Part shown: in pieces, positions 32,714 through 41,335 of the stretch
How the letters are laid out: each line of letters starts with the position of its first letter
Numbering within the stretch: the stretch's first letter is position 1
Origin: Nanobdellati archaeon
GTDB lineage: Archaea; B1Sed10-29; WALL01
Length of the DNA stretch: 55,213 nucleotides
Direction of reading: 5' to 3'
NCBI GenBank assembly: GCA_015522845.1
Contig: WALL01000009.1
Location: forward strand, 1 to 55,213
The notes under the pieces: model-generated
Told to the model about the DNA's origin: nothing
What the model saw: the letters and a program-made list of their open reading frames with translations, nothing else
The model's database searches: none
Position numbers and translations under genes: made by a program

Positions 32714-33985
32714 TCATGGCGTTATCCTATCCATTGTCCGCGGGAACCCTATTGCCTCATGTATGGAGTCCAGCCCGCAGATCCATTCTACAACCCTGTC
32801 AATACCCATGCCAAAGCCGCTGTGGGGGACAGAGCCATACCGCCTGGTGTCAATATACCACCCATAATCTTCAGGCTTTTCTCCCTGTGCTGCGAGCTTC
32901 TTTTTTATCTCCCCTATGTCCTCCTCACGCTCGCTGCCGCCAATTATCTCACCAACGTGCGGGACAAGCATGTCCATACCAAGCACGGCATCCTTATCAT
33001 CGGGCGCCTGCTTCATGTAAAATGCCTTTATCTCTTTTGGGTAGTGGGTAACAATTAATGGCTTGTCATACATCTCGCAAAGCTTTGCCTCTTCCTTTGT
33101 GCGTAGGTCCTTGCCATAAGGGACATCCATTCCTGCGCTTGCCAGCTTCTTTAGCGCATCCCTATACCTAATCCGCGGGAATGGGGGCTTTACACGCCCC
33201 AGCGCCCCAATGTCTGCTCCAAGCAGCTCAAGCTCCTTCTTGTTTTCCTTAAGCACTTTCTGCACTATGAACGACACCAGCTCCTCCCCCTGCTTCTGCA
33301 GCTCATCAAACTGCTGCCAGGCAGTCTCAACCTCGGCATGCCAGAACTCTGTCAAATGCCGTGATGTGCTGCTCCTTTCTGCGCGGAATGATGGGGCAAT
33401 TGTGTATATCTTCTCTAGTGCGAATATCGCCGCCTCCGCATAAAGCTGCCAGGTCTGCGTCAGATAAGCCTTCTTTCCAAAGTAGTCCACTTCAAAAAGA
33501 GTTGAGCCACCTTCTGCTGCAGTCCCAACAAACATCGGGCTTTGGAACTCGTAGTACCCTCGCGAGCGGAAGAACTCGTCCACTGCGCCAAACACCGTGC
33601 TCCTTACCTTTAGCACGGCAGCCATTGGCTGGCTGCGCAGCCAGAGGTGGCGCATATCCCTTAGGAACTCCTTGCTTTGATCCTTTGTAATGGGAAACCT
33701 CTCCGCCTTGTGGACTACATCCAACTTTTTAACAGCCACCTCGTAGCCGCCCGGCGCACGCTTGTCCTCCTTTACGGTACCTTCAACAGCAACTGACGAC
33801 TCGACAAGAAGGCTTTTTGCCTTCTCGTATTCCTTTCCCTTCACAGCACACTGGACAATGCCGCTGCTGTCGCGCAGCACTATAAACACAACACCCTTGC
33901 TTGCACGATGCCGGTAAATCCAGCCCCGCAGTGACACCTTTTTCCCCGTGTGCTTTGCTATCTCACCAATTGGAACAAATTTCAT
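32714..33985 (-). CDS. asnS: Asparaginyl-tRNA synthetase (class IIb)
   Basis: OB-fold N-terminus, FRAERSSTSRHLTEFWHAEVE, GGSEREED, and RRYGSVPHSGFGMGIDRVVEWICGL...FPRTMDRITP. These match archaeal AsnRS rather than AspRS signatures. Confidence 0.85.
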   Translation of the reverse strand: MKFVPIGEIAKHTGKKVSLRGWIYRHRASKGVVFIVLRDSSGIVQCAVKGKEYEKAKSLLVESSVAVEGTVKEDKRAPGGYEVAVKKLDVVHKAERFPITKDQSKEFLRDMRHLWLRSQPMAAVLKVRSTVFGAVDEFFRSRGYYEFQSPMFVGTAAEGGSTLFEVDYFGKKAYLTQTWQLYAEAAIFALEKIYTIAPSFRAERSSTSRHLTEFWHAEVETAWQQFDELQKQGEELVSFIVQKVLKENKKELELLGADIGALGRVKPPFPRIRYRDALKKLASAGMDVPYGKDLRTKEEAKLCEMYDKPLIVTHYPKEIKAFYMKQAPDDKDAVLGMDMLVPHVGEIIGGSEREEDIGEIKKKLAAQGEKPEDYGWYIDTRRYGSVPHSGFGMGIDRVVEWICGLDSIHEAIGFPRTMDRITP

Positions 33986-35220
33986 GCATGCAGCCTCCAG
34001 AACTTCCTACGGTACTCTTTCCACGCCTCTGTTTTCTTTGCCTTTGCATCCTCAAGTATTGTAAACTTTTTCCTCTTCAGGTGTGTTACCGGCTGTTTAA
34101 TCAATTCCTTAAGCAGCGCCTTGGCAGTCGGGTATTCTCTCTTCCTTTCGGTAACTACCTTGTTTCCCCGCACAATCGCCTTCCTGTATTTTTTAATAAA
34201 CTTCTCAATGTGCTCCCTGTCATAAACCGTAGGTCCCCAGTGGTCATTCACCGGCGGGAGCTGCCATACCTCAAGCTCAAGCAGTATCTGTGCCTTTGCC
34301 TTTGAGTCTGTCCAGCTCCAGCTGTCAATAACCTTAAATTCCCTCTCATGCAGTTTCTTGACAAGCTTTTTCTCAAAGCGCTGTAGCTGGGACCAGATGA
34401 TCTCCTCGTTCTCTTCCCCGATCTTCCATTCAATGACAAAGACCTTCCCGCGCCTCGGGAGCAGCGTTGCCCTTTCAGCTATTTTTCTTGTCTTCAGGTA
34501 TTCGCGGGCAAGCATAATAAATTCGCAGAGCTTTTGCTCGCTTACTGCTGCTGCTACATTCCGCTCAGGGTCAACAGGGTCAATAACTACAAGGGGGTCG
34601 CTAAATTTCCTTTTTCCTTTTACAATCTCTATGTGCTCGCCGTATTTCCAGTCGCTTGCTGCTTCAAGCACGCGCTGGAATGAGCCATAGTGCAGCACAA
34701 GCAGCTCGCAGAGGTATCCAGAGAACCCATGTGTCTCCACCTCCGCGCCATAAACCCCTATCCGCTTGGCAAAATACTTTAAGAGCCGCACTTCATCTGG
34801 GTTTTTGAGGTTTGCAAGCATGTATTCTGTGTGGAGCGGGGAGCGGTCAACCGCAGAGATTATTTTCTCCCCCTTCCTTATCTTATAGCAGGGCACAAGG
34901 TCAATGTCGTAGCCCCGTATCTTCATCTTAGTATAGGGGTGCTCTGCATAATGGGTATGGCTCTTTACGCCAAATGCCTTTGCAACCTCCCTTCCAATTT
35001 CAAGGCCGACTTTCTCAAGCTGCTTTCGTGGGGCCCCCTTGTCGAACAGCACAAATATATCTAGGTCCTTGTCTCCCTTTAGGCAAGTGTCCTTTGCTAT
35101 GGAGCCGGCAAGTATGGCATCGTGGCCAAGCCCGTTAATGACGCGGATTATGTCCTCTGAGAGCTTTAGCTCCTTTGCCCTTTCAGCAGGGCTTGACTTT
35201 AGCTCGGAAATCTTTTTCAT
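33982..35220 (-). CDS. cca: CCA-adding tRNA nucleotidyltransferase (archaeal class I)
   Basis: GSIAKDTCLKGDKDLDIFVLF catalytic motif and an archaeal-type length of 412 aa. Confidence 0.9.
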   Translation of the reverse strand: MKKISELKSSPAERAKELKLSEDIIRVINGLGHDAILAGSIAKDTCLKGDKDLDIFVLFDKGAPRKQLEKVGLEIGREVAKAFGVKSHTHYAEHPYTKMKIRGYDIDLVPCYKIRKGEKIISAVDRSPLHTEYMLANLKNPDEVRLLKYFAKRIGVYGAEVETHGFSGYLCELLVLHYGSFQRVLEAASDWKYGEHIEIVKGKRKFSDPLVVIDPVDPERNVAAAVSEQKLCEFIMLAREYLKTRKIAERATLLPRRGKVFVIEWKIGEENEEIIWSQLQRFEKKLVKKLHEREFKVIDSWSWTDSKAKAQILLELEVWQLPPVNDHWGPTVYDREHIEKFIKKYRKAIVRGNKVVTERKREYPTAKALLKELIKQPVTHLKRKKFTILEDAKAKKTEAWKEYRRKFWRLHA

Positions 35221-36755
35221 TTTATCCTCCTAATTATCCCGCGCTCAACGAGCTTTTCTATTGCTGACTTCACCAGCACCTCCGAGAATCCAGTTTCTGT
35301 TGCATAGCCTGCTGAATCAAATGCGCCCCCCCTTCTACGGAGGGCGTTCCATACTAAGGATTCAAGGGGCCCGTTAGGGATAAACTTCTCATTTACTATG
35401 GCATAGCTGCCGTTTATCTTGTCTTTGATTATGGCTTTTTTCCCCTTTTGCAGCCCCATCATCTTATAGACAACATCAGTCTTGTACTGGAAAACCGCAA
35501 AGACCGCTATTGCCACAATGGCCAGGGCAGCAATTAGGATATATGCCGAAAAGCATATTGGCCCAAGGCAGACCATGCCAGTGCGTAAGCCAGCAGACCA
35601 TGGGCAGCTGTACATGTCCCCTCTGCAGTTTGGCGGCTCAGGCTCTGTATAGACCACCTTGTAATCCCTCATCTTTCCTGCCGGGTCATAAGTAAACTTG
35701 CTAAGCCCAAGGTATGCCACTGCCCACGCATAGTAGTTCCCCCCCTTGTAGCCAACCACAATTCCGCAAGGTATTCCCTGGCTACGGCTCATCTCGCGGA
35801 AGAGCAAGGCCTTCTCAATGCTGTCTAGCCCAAGCCCACTTTTTTTAACAGCATCGTTGAGGTTGACATTTAGCGTAGCAAGGGTTGACTCAGATGTGGG
35901 CGTGCTTGCTATCGAGTCAAGCACCTGCTTGAATGCATCAAGGGCGTCGGTTCCTGTTGCCGTCTTATCAAGGCTTGGCTTTATTGAGCTTGATGCGCCA
36001 GCCCCTTCTATCTTGAACAGCGGCTCGCTGTCTGTGTTGAGCAAGTACTGCTTGCTGTATGACGGGCTGTAGGGGTCCCCTTCAAGCAAGGTTTCATTGT
36101 TTACATACCCTGATGCATACTTTATGCTAATGTCTTTCTTTTCACCAGCCGCCAGCTGCAAGTTCCATGAAAGCACCTGTGCAAGGCTATCCTTTAGGTT
36201 TATCTCCTTTGGCTGGTCAAAGGTTGGCCGTACCCTATCAAATGTTGCAACCACACCGTCCGCCCTTTCCTTTGCAAGCGGCGGGGAAAACCACAGGTAG
36301 CTTGAGCTGGGATTTCTCTTGTATGGGGCAAAAATATAATACGGACCCCCATTGGTAGGGTTTATGCTGACTTCTACAGTTAGTGCCTTCTCCCCGTTGT
36401 TGTCCAGGTGGATTACTTGGCTTACATAGCTGTCTGTGGCCTCTATGTCAACAGACGCAAAAACGTCCCCCCCAAAGTTCTCAGGATAGCTTAGCCCATA
36501 GCTGCTAACTTCCTCCCCTGCACGGAATGGCGTTTCCTTTGGGGTGCTTGCCTTAATAGTTACCCCCTTGGACTTCACTATGGGGAACATGGGGACGGAT
36601 AGCGTCCCGCCAATGTCCATTAGGTTTTGCCTTGAATTTAGCTTTACAGTAAGCGAGGGGGACGACAGGACTGCAGTCCCGTCCTCTGTTTTCACTACCA
36701 TACTCATCGCTGAGCAAAGCGCGACAATTAGCAGCAGGCTAAAGAGTCTTTTCAT
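35217..36755 (-). CDS. Membrane protein: extracytoplasmic degenerate transglutaminase-like region, one TM helix, and a cytoplasmic winged-helix-like tail
   Basis: Signal peptide MKRLFSLLLIVALCSA. ALLFREMSRSQGIPCGIVVGYKGGNYYAWAVAY aligns with a transglutaminase core but lacks the Cys and His. TM segment YILIAALAIVAIAVFAVF. The tail is LESLVWNALRRRGG...FSEVLVKSAIEKLVERGIIRR. Confidence 0.55.
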   Translation of the reverse strand: MKRLFSLLLIVALCSAMSMVVKTEDGTAVLSSPSLTVKLNSRQNLMDIGGTLSVPMFPIVKSKGVTIKASTPKETPFRAGEEVSSYGLSYPENFGGDVFASVDIEATDSYVSQVIHLDNNGEKALTVEVSINPTNGGPYYIFAPYKRNPSSSYLWFSPPLAKERADGVVATFDRVRPTFDQPKEINLKDSLAQVLSWNLQLAAGEKKDISIKYASGYVNNETLLEGDPYSPSYSKQYLLNTDSEPLFKIEGAGASSSIKPSLDKTATGTDALDAFKQVLDSIASTPTSESTLATLNVNLNDAVKKSGLGLDSIEKALLFREMSRSQGIPCGIVVGYKGGNYYAWAVAYLGLSKFTYDPAGKMRDYKVVYTEPEPPNCRGDMYSCPWSAGLRTGMVCLGPICFSAYILIAALAIVAIAVFAVFQYKTDVVYKMMGLQKGKKAIIKDKINGSYAIVNEKFIPNGPLESLVWNALRRRGGAFDSAGYATETGFSEVLVKSAIEKLVERGIIRRIK

Positions 36756-37230
36756 GCAGCACCTTATAGGATGGCCCGCTTGGCGTTAGTGTGCTGTTTA
36801 TGAGCACAACGCCCTTGACTGCCACATCCACCCTTATTTTTTTGCTGAGCATTCCCGCCAGCACATCATCCGGCTTGCCCTTTATCCGGGCCAGCGTGAT
36901 GTGCGGGATAAGCTCTCCGCCCCCTATAACCCGATGTATGTTTAAAAGGCTTTCCACAGGCTCACAGCCAGCCCACAACACGCGCACGCGCTTTTCATCC
37001 GGGAATGCGCCAATCCTGTCAAGCACAATGCTGAACGGCTTTTCCCTTATCTGCCCAATTTTCCTTATCCACCTCTCCGGCTTATCGTCGCCGACAAACC
37101 GCAAAGTCATATGCAAATTTTCCTTTTCAACAAGCTTTACCCTTGCACTTGACTTTTCCATCTCTTGCTGTATGGCGGCAAGTTTGTCTTTGGCGGTATT
37201 GCCCAGCGGGATAGCCACAAAAAGCCTCAC
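36739..37230 (-). CDS. thpR: RNA 2',3'-cyclic phosphodiesterase (LigT/ThpR, 2H family)
   Basis: Two HxT motifs, HMTLRF and HITLAR. The GTG at 37230 gives MRLFVAIPL, the usual family N-terminus. Confidence 0.85.
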   Translation of the reverse strand: MRLFVAIPLGNTAKDKLAAIQQEMEKSSARVKLVEKENLHMTLRFVGDDKPERWIRKIGQIREKPFSIVLDRIGAFPDEKRVRVLWAGCEPVESLLNIHRVIGGGELIPHITLARIKGKPDDVLAGMLSKKIRVDVAVKGVVLINSTLTPSGPSYKVLHEKTL

Positions 37231-37272
37231 GCATGAAAGAAGCAACTTGTTTTTTTAATAGTTTCCGCTGCA

Positions 37273-37863
37273 TTACCTTATTGCCTTTTCGCCGTTTTGG
37301 TTCCGCACCTTAATGTGCTTTGGCCCCTCGAGGTCGCGGGCAATCCTTTCAAGCCCACTAAGCTCCCTGTCTGCATATATGATAAGCGTACCCGTTAGCT
37401 GCGAGGCGGCATCGCGTATATCCCCATCCTGAAGGCCATTTGCATCAAGCACTACCTCATGCGCAACGCCGGACGACTCCAGCATCCTGATGCTTTTCCT
37501 TACCTCTTCAAAGCTATGCTTCCCCGCCTTCTCAAACGAGTCCCTGTAAAGCGGCGCAGGGATATGGACAGAAACGTAGTCAACTACTTTCCTAGCAATC
37601 ATTTTCCCAAGCTGTTTTGGGTTGGAGCCATCGGTCTCAATGCGGACAAGCTTCCCCTTTAGCTTCATCCTCTTTGCTATTATTGGCAGGTCGCTTTGCC
37701 CTTCCACATCCCCCCTAAAGATGACTGCATTCGTGGTAAAGTTCTTGTGGAGCTCAGCCTCTAGCTCCCGCATGCTGTGCCGGCCATTCCCAGCCACAAT
37801 TACCATTGAGATTTTGCCAGGCCACGCTTTTGTGTCTTGGCTGGTGTAGCTGGCTATGTCCAT
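37273..37863 (-). CDS. NrdG-like radical-SAM fold protein lacking all cluster cysteines (cysteine-free paralog)
   Basis: It aligns with the NrdG at 38509 (AWPGKISMVIVAGNGRHSMRELEAEL versus DYPGNVSTIIFTGGCNMRCPFCHNFEL; LVRIETDGSNP versus LVKLDSNGLNP; VDYVSVHIPAP versus IDYIAMDVKAP). The protein contains no Cys at all. Confidence 0.65.
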   Translation of the reverse strand: MDIASYTSQDTKAWPGKISMVIVAGNGRHSMRELEAELHKNFTTNAVIFRGDVEGQSDLPIIAKRMKLKGKLVRIETDGSNPKQLGKMIARKVVDYVSVHIPAPLYRDSFEKAGKHSFEEVRKSIRMLESSGVAHEVVLDANGLQDGDIRDAASQLTGTLIIYADRELSGLERIARDLEGPKHIKVRNQNGEKAIR

Positions 37864-37864
37864 A

Positions 37865-38074
37865 TCACCACTTTATGTGCTTGTACCCATTTACCAAGGA
37901 AAACGTCGATGCGACGGTTCCGATAATCCCAAGGATGGAGAATGCCTGCCCTGCCTTTGTGCCGATGATGACCATCCCAATCACGAGGAGCGTAAAGTAA
38001 ACAGGCAGCGTGAGCACGCCAATCTCGAACTCGTATTTCGTGAAGAGGCACTGCCTCTTTTCCCTTGATGCCAT
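37865..38074 (-). CDS. Small two-TM membrane protein, hypothetical
   Basis: From the ATG at 38074: MASREKRQCLFTKYEFEIGVLTLPVYFTLLVIGMVIIG...FSILGIIGTVASTF. Its stop lies 1 nt from the next gene's start. Confidence 0.5.
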   Translation of the reverse strand: MASREKRQCLFTKYEFEIGVLTLPVYFTLLVIGMVIIGTKAGQAFSILGIIGTVASTFSLVNGYKHIKW

Positions 38075-38508
38075 GAGGCAATAATGCGGAGGATGTATAA
38101 AAAGATAGCTAACGCTATTGAAAAGGGAAGTTAAATGCAAGAGAATGAGAGCACCACAAGCTTTTTATCTCCCCTGTGTGTTATCGACTTGCACATGTAA
38201 CACAGGGGGATGAGGCTCGCTTGCGGGCCTCGTTCTCACATCCACTAACCGTTAAATGCTCTGGCTATTGCACCAGCTATTGCTGCGAGAACAATTAACT
38301 GGACTCCAGTTATGGCTATGGAGCCGAGTAATGCTGAGTCAACCAAGCTAATCACCTCTTTATCTTTATCACTAAACCAAAAATTGGTAAATATGAAAAA
38401 TCAGCTCCTTGCATTCCTTTTCATGCAGTTGTTTTCATAAAAATAAAAGGTGGCTCCGCCCTGCGAGGTGAGAAGGGCGGAACCGTGTGGCTGGGTGGGC
38501 TCTCTTGG

Positions 38509-39201
38509 TCAAATTCCACGAATGCAAGTCTTTTTCACTTTCTTCTTTGCGATTTCCTCGAATTGCCTGAGCACCTTTGGCTCGTAAGCCTTTGAAAGCG
38601 GGCCCTCTTTTTTTACGGCGTTGTACTGCTGGAGGCAGTACTTCTCGGCACCCTCGACAAGCGAGACAACATCTGCAAACTCATCCTGGGGTATGAATGC
38701 GGGGACGACGGTGGTCCTAAACTCATATTCCACGCCAGAGCCCATTATAAGGCGTATGCTTTCCCTTATCTTTGACATGTCTATGGGCACGCCAGTTGCT
38801 TCGCTGTAATGCTTCTCAGGCGCCTTGACATCCATTGCGATGTAGTCAATCACAGGGAAAAGCTCCTTCAGCGCATTAGGGTTCAGGCCATTGCTGTCAA
38901 GCTTAACTAGCAGGCCAGTCCTTTCCCTTATGCGCTCTATGAACCCCTTCAGCGCAGGCATCCAAAGCGTTGGCTCCCCACCGGTTATGACAACGCCATC
39001 TATGAACTTTTTCCTCTCGTCAAGGTAGTCAAGCACCTGCTGTTCCGGGATTTTCTCAAACTTCTCCGGCTCTGTTGCCAGCTCGAAGTTGTGGCAGAAC
39101 GGGCAGCGCATGTTACATCCGCCGGTGAAAATTATGGTTGATACATTGCCTGGATAGTCTATCAGTGTCTGCGGAAGGATCCCGCGGATATCAACTTCCA
39201 T
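38509..39201 (-). CDS. nrdG: Anaerobic ribonucleoside-triphosphate reductase activating protein (radical SAM)
   Basis: GGCNMRCPFCHN is the CxxxCxxC cluster motif, and VVITGGEPTL is the SAM-binding motif. The ATG at 39201 lies 4 nt after the stop of the glycyl-radical mini-ORF. Confidence 0.85.
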   Translation of the reverse strand: MEVDIRGILPQTLIDYPGNVSTIIFTGGCNMRCPFCHNFELATEPEKFEKIPEQQVLDYLDERKKFIDGVVITGGEPTLWMPALKGFIERIRERTGLLVKLDSNGLNPNALKELFPVIDYIAMDVKAPEKHYSEATGVPIDMSKIRESIRLIMGSGVEYEFRTTVVPAFIPQDEFADVVSLVEGAEKYCLQQYNAVKKEGPLSKAYEPKVLRQFEEIAKKKVKKTCIRGI

Positions 39202-39205
39202 TGGC

Positions 39206-39364
39206 TCACGCAGTGCTCTTTTTTGGCGCAGTTGCAACCGCTGCTTGCTTCAGGTTAAAGAATTTCCTGTCCCTGAACTCTTCCTGCTTTCCTTCGTTCC
39301 AGTTGCTAATTGGCCTAAAATAGCCAACAACCCTGCTGTAAACTTCAACTTTTTCATCACACAT
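39206..39364 (-). CDS. Stand-alone glycyl-radical peptide of the class III RNR (52 aa)
   Basis: MCDEKVEVYSRVVGYFRPISNWNEGKQEEFRDRKFF... carries the NrdD C-terminal glycyl-radical signature (R-V-V-G-Y ... W-N-x-G-K-x-x-E-F). AAGGAGGT lies about 8 nt upstream of the ATG. The ORF is below the 60-aa cutoff of the supplied track. Confidence 0.7.
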   Translation of the reverse strand: MCDEKVEVYSRVVGYFRPISNWNEGKQEEFRDRKFFNLKQAAVATAPKKSTA

Positions 39365-39379
39365 TTTTCATTACCTCCT

Positions 39380-41335
39380 TTAGTCGTATGGGCATTTTTC
39401 GTGTGCCCCGGGTATGTACCCATGTACCGGGCATATTGTGAATGTTGGCGTCACAGAGAAGTAAGGCAGCTTGTAGTTCTCTGCAACCCTCCGCACGAGC
39501 TTCTTGGTCGACTCCGCATCCTCAAGCCTTTCGCCGAGGTATGCATGGAGCACTGTCCCGCCGGTGTACCTCCTCTGCAGCTCGTCCTGGTGCTCAAGCA
39601 CCTTAAACAAGTCGTCAGAGTAGTTGGCAGGGAGCTGTGTGGAGTTAGTGTAGTATGGTGCCTTTGTCCCCTGGGTAAATATGTTTGGGAATTCCTTCTT
39701 GTCTATCTTTGCCAGGCGGTAGCTTGCCCCCTCAGCCGGCGATGCTTCAAGGTTGTAGATGTGGCCTGTCTCCTCCTGGAAGTCAGATATCCTATCGCGC
39801 ATAAAGTCCATTACCTTTATTGCGAACTTCCTCCCGTCGTCAGTGTATATCCCCTCGCCAAGGAAGTTTACGCAGCTTTCATTCATGCCTACAAGCCCAA
39901 TGGTTGTGAAGTGGTGGTCCAGCGTGCCAAGGTAGCGCTTTGTATAAGGCAGCAGGCCACGGTCTATGTTCCCCTGGACCTCTTTCCTCTTTATCTCAAG
40001 CGAGGTCTTTGCAAGCAGCATGAGGTGGTCAAGGTTCTCGAAATAGCTGTCCTCATCGCGTGAGAGGTAGCCAAGGCGCGACATATTGATTGTGACGACA
40101 CCGACAGAGCCTGTTGACTCCCCTGAGCCAAACAGGCCGCCGGTCTTATTCCTTAGCTCGCGGAGGTCTAGCTGGAGGCGGCAGCACATTGAGCGCACAT
40201 CGCTTGGGTCTAGGTCACTGTTTATGAAATTCTGGAAGTAGGGAATCCCATACTTTGCAGTCATCTCAAACAGCAGGTTCGAGTTTTCGGAATCCCAGTC
40301 AAAGTCTTTTGTTATGTTGTAGGTTGGTATTGGGAACGTGAATATCCTCCCATTTGCGTCCCCCTCCATCATCACCTCAAGGAATGCCTTATTAACTAAG
40401 TCCATCTCTGGCTGGTAGTCTGCATAAGTCTCATCGGTTATCTCGCCGCCATAGACAATTGGGCTGTCCCTCAAGTCTTTTGGGACAACCCAGTCAAAGG
40501 TTAGGTTTGTGAATGGCGTTTGGTTCCCCCACCTGCTCGTTTGGTTAGCCGAGAATATGAACTCCTGTATGCCCTGCTTTATTTGGTCGTAGGAGAGGCG
40601 GTCCTTGCGGACAAAGGGGGCAAGGTAAGTGTCGAAGCTTGAGAACGCCTGTGCGCCAGCCCACTCATTCTGCAATGTTCCTAAGAAGTTCACCATCTGC
40701 CCAAGCGCAGCATCAAAGTGCCTTGCTGGCTTTGCGGATACCCTCCCGGGCACACCGTTAAACCCCTCATTAAGCAGCTGCGCAAGCGACCAGCCAGCGC
40801 AGTAGCCAGCAAGCGTGCCATAGCTAAGGTCGTGGATGTGGAAGTCGCCCTCACGGTGTGCCTGGGCAACGTCTTTTGGATATACATTATTAAGCGTGTA
40901 TTCTGCGACAACCGTGCCACTCAGGTTCGCCTGCAGCCCGCTTAGCGAGTAGCTTGCATTGCTGTTCTCCTTGACGCGCCAGTCCTGGAGGTTGACATAG
41001 CCATCAATCATCTCCGTTACTTTTTCAACGAAGCTCTTTTCGCTCCTCATCCGCGCACGCTGCTCACGGTAAAGTATGTATGCCTTCGCGGTTGAGGCAT
41101 GGCCATCCTCAATAAGCACCTTCTCGACAGCATCCTGTACTTCCTCAATGGAGGGCATCTGGTTATCAAATTTTTTCTCCAGTGCTGCAACTACTTCACC
41201 TGCCAGCTTGGCTGCTAGCTCGCGGTTATTGCCGCCAACCGCACGGGCAGCCTTAAATATGGCATTAGTGATCCTGCTCTTGTCGAAATCAACTACACGC
41301 CCATCGCGCTTGCGTATCTTACGGATTTTAGCCAT
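39380..41335 (-). CDS. nrdD: Anaerobic (class III) ribonucleoside-triphosphate reductase, large chain truncated before the glycyl-radical domain
   Basis: N-terminal ATP-cone (IRKRDGRVVDFDKSRITNAI...), active-site motifs GYCAGWS and SMCCRLQLD. It ends ...CPVHGYIPGAHEKCPYD-stop, in the middle of the Zn-site. Confidence 0.85.
   Translation of the reverse strand: MAKIRKIRKRDGRVVDFDKSRITNAIFKAARAVGGNNRELAAKLAGEVVAALEKKFDNQMPSIEEVQDAVEKVLIEDGHASTAKAYILYREQRARMRSEKSFVEKVTEMIDGYVNLQDWRVKENSNASYSLSGLQANLSGTVVAEYTLNNVYPKDVAQAHREGDFHIHDLSYGTLAGYCAGWSLAQLLNEGFNGVPGRVSAKPARHFDAALGQMVNFLGTLQNEWAGAQAFSSFDTYLAPFVRKDRLSYDQIKQGIQEFIFSANQTSRWGNQTPFTNLTFDWVVPKDLRDSPIVYGGEITDETYADYQPEMDLVNKAFLEVMMEGDANGRIFTFPIPTYNITKDFDWDSENSNLLFEMTAKYGIPYFQNFINSDLDPSDVRSMCCRLQLDLRELRNKTGGLFGSGESTGSVGVVTINMSRLGYLSRDEDSYFENLDHLMLLAKTSLEIKRKEVQGNIDRGLLPYTKRYLGTLDHHFTTIGLVGMNESCVNFLGEGIYTDDGRKFAIKVMDFMRDRISDFQEETGHIYNLEASPAEGASYRLAKIDKKEFPNIFTQGTKAPYYTNSTQLPANYSDDLFKVLEHQDELQRRYTGGTVLHAYLGERLEDAESTKKLVRRVAENYKLPYFSVTPTFTICPVHGYIPGAHEKCPYD

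Noticed and set aside
32543-33058. A 171-aa plus-strand ORF, and 32716..33051
   Set aside because: They are antisense to the C-terminal catalytic motifs of asnS (GFGMGIDR, FPR), which are unambiguous.
39380-39382. Interpreting the nrdD stop as a sequencing error or as a programmed readthrough/selenocysteine site
   Set aside because: Three in-frame stops (TAA, TAA, TGA) occur within 15 nt, and the downstream ORF has a perfect SD plus ATG. A single-base error or recoding event would not produce this. Read-level confirmation is still advised.
39245-40063. A 272-aa plus-strand ORF
   Set aside because: It is antisense to nrdD, which has unambiguous family motifs. The product is Cys/Val/Leu-rich with no recognisable domain.
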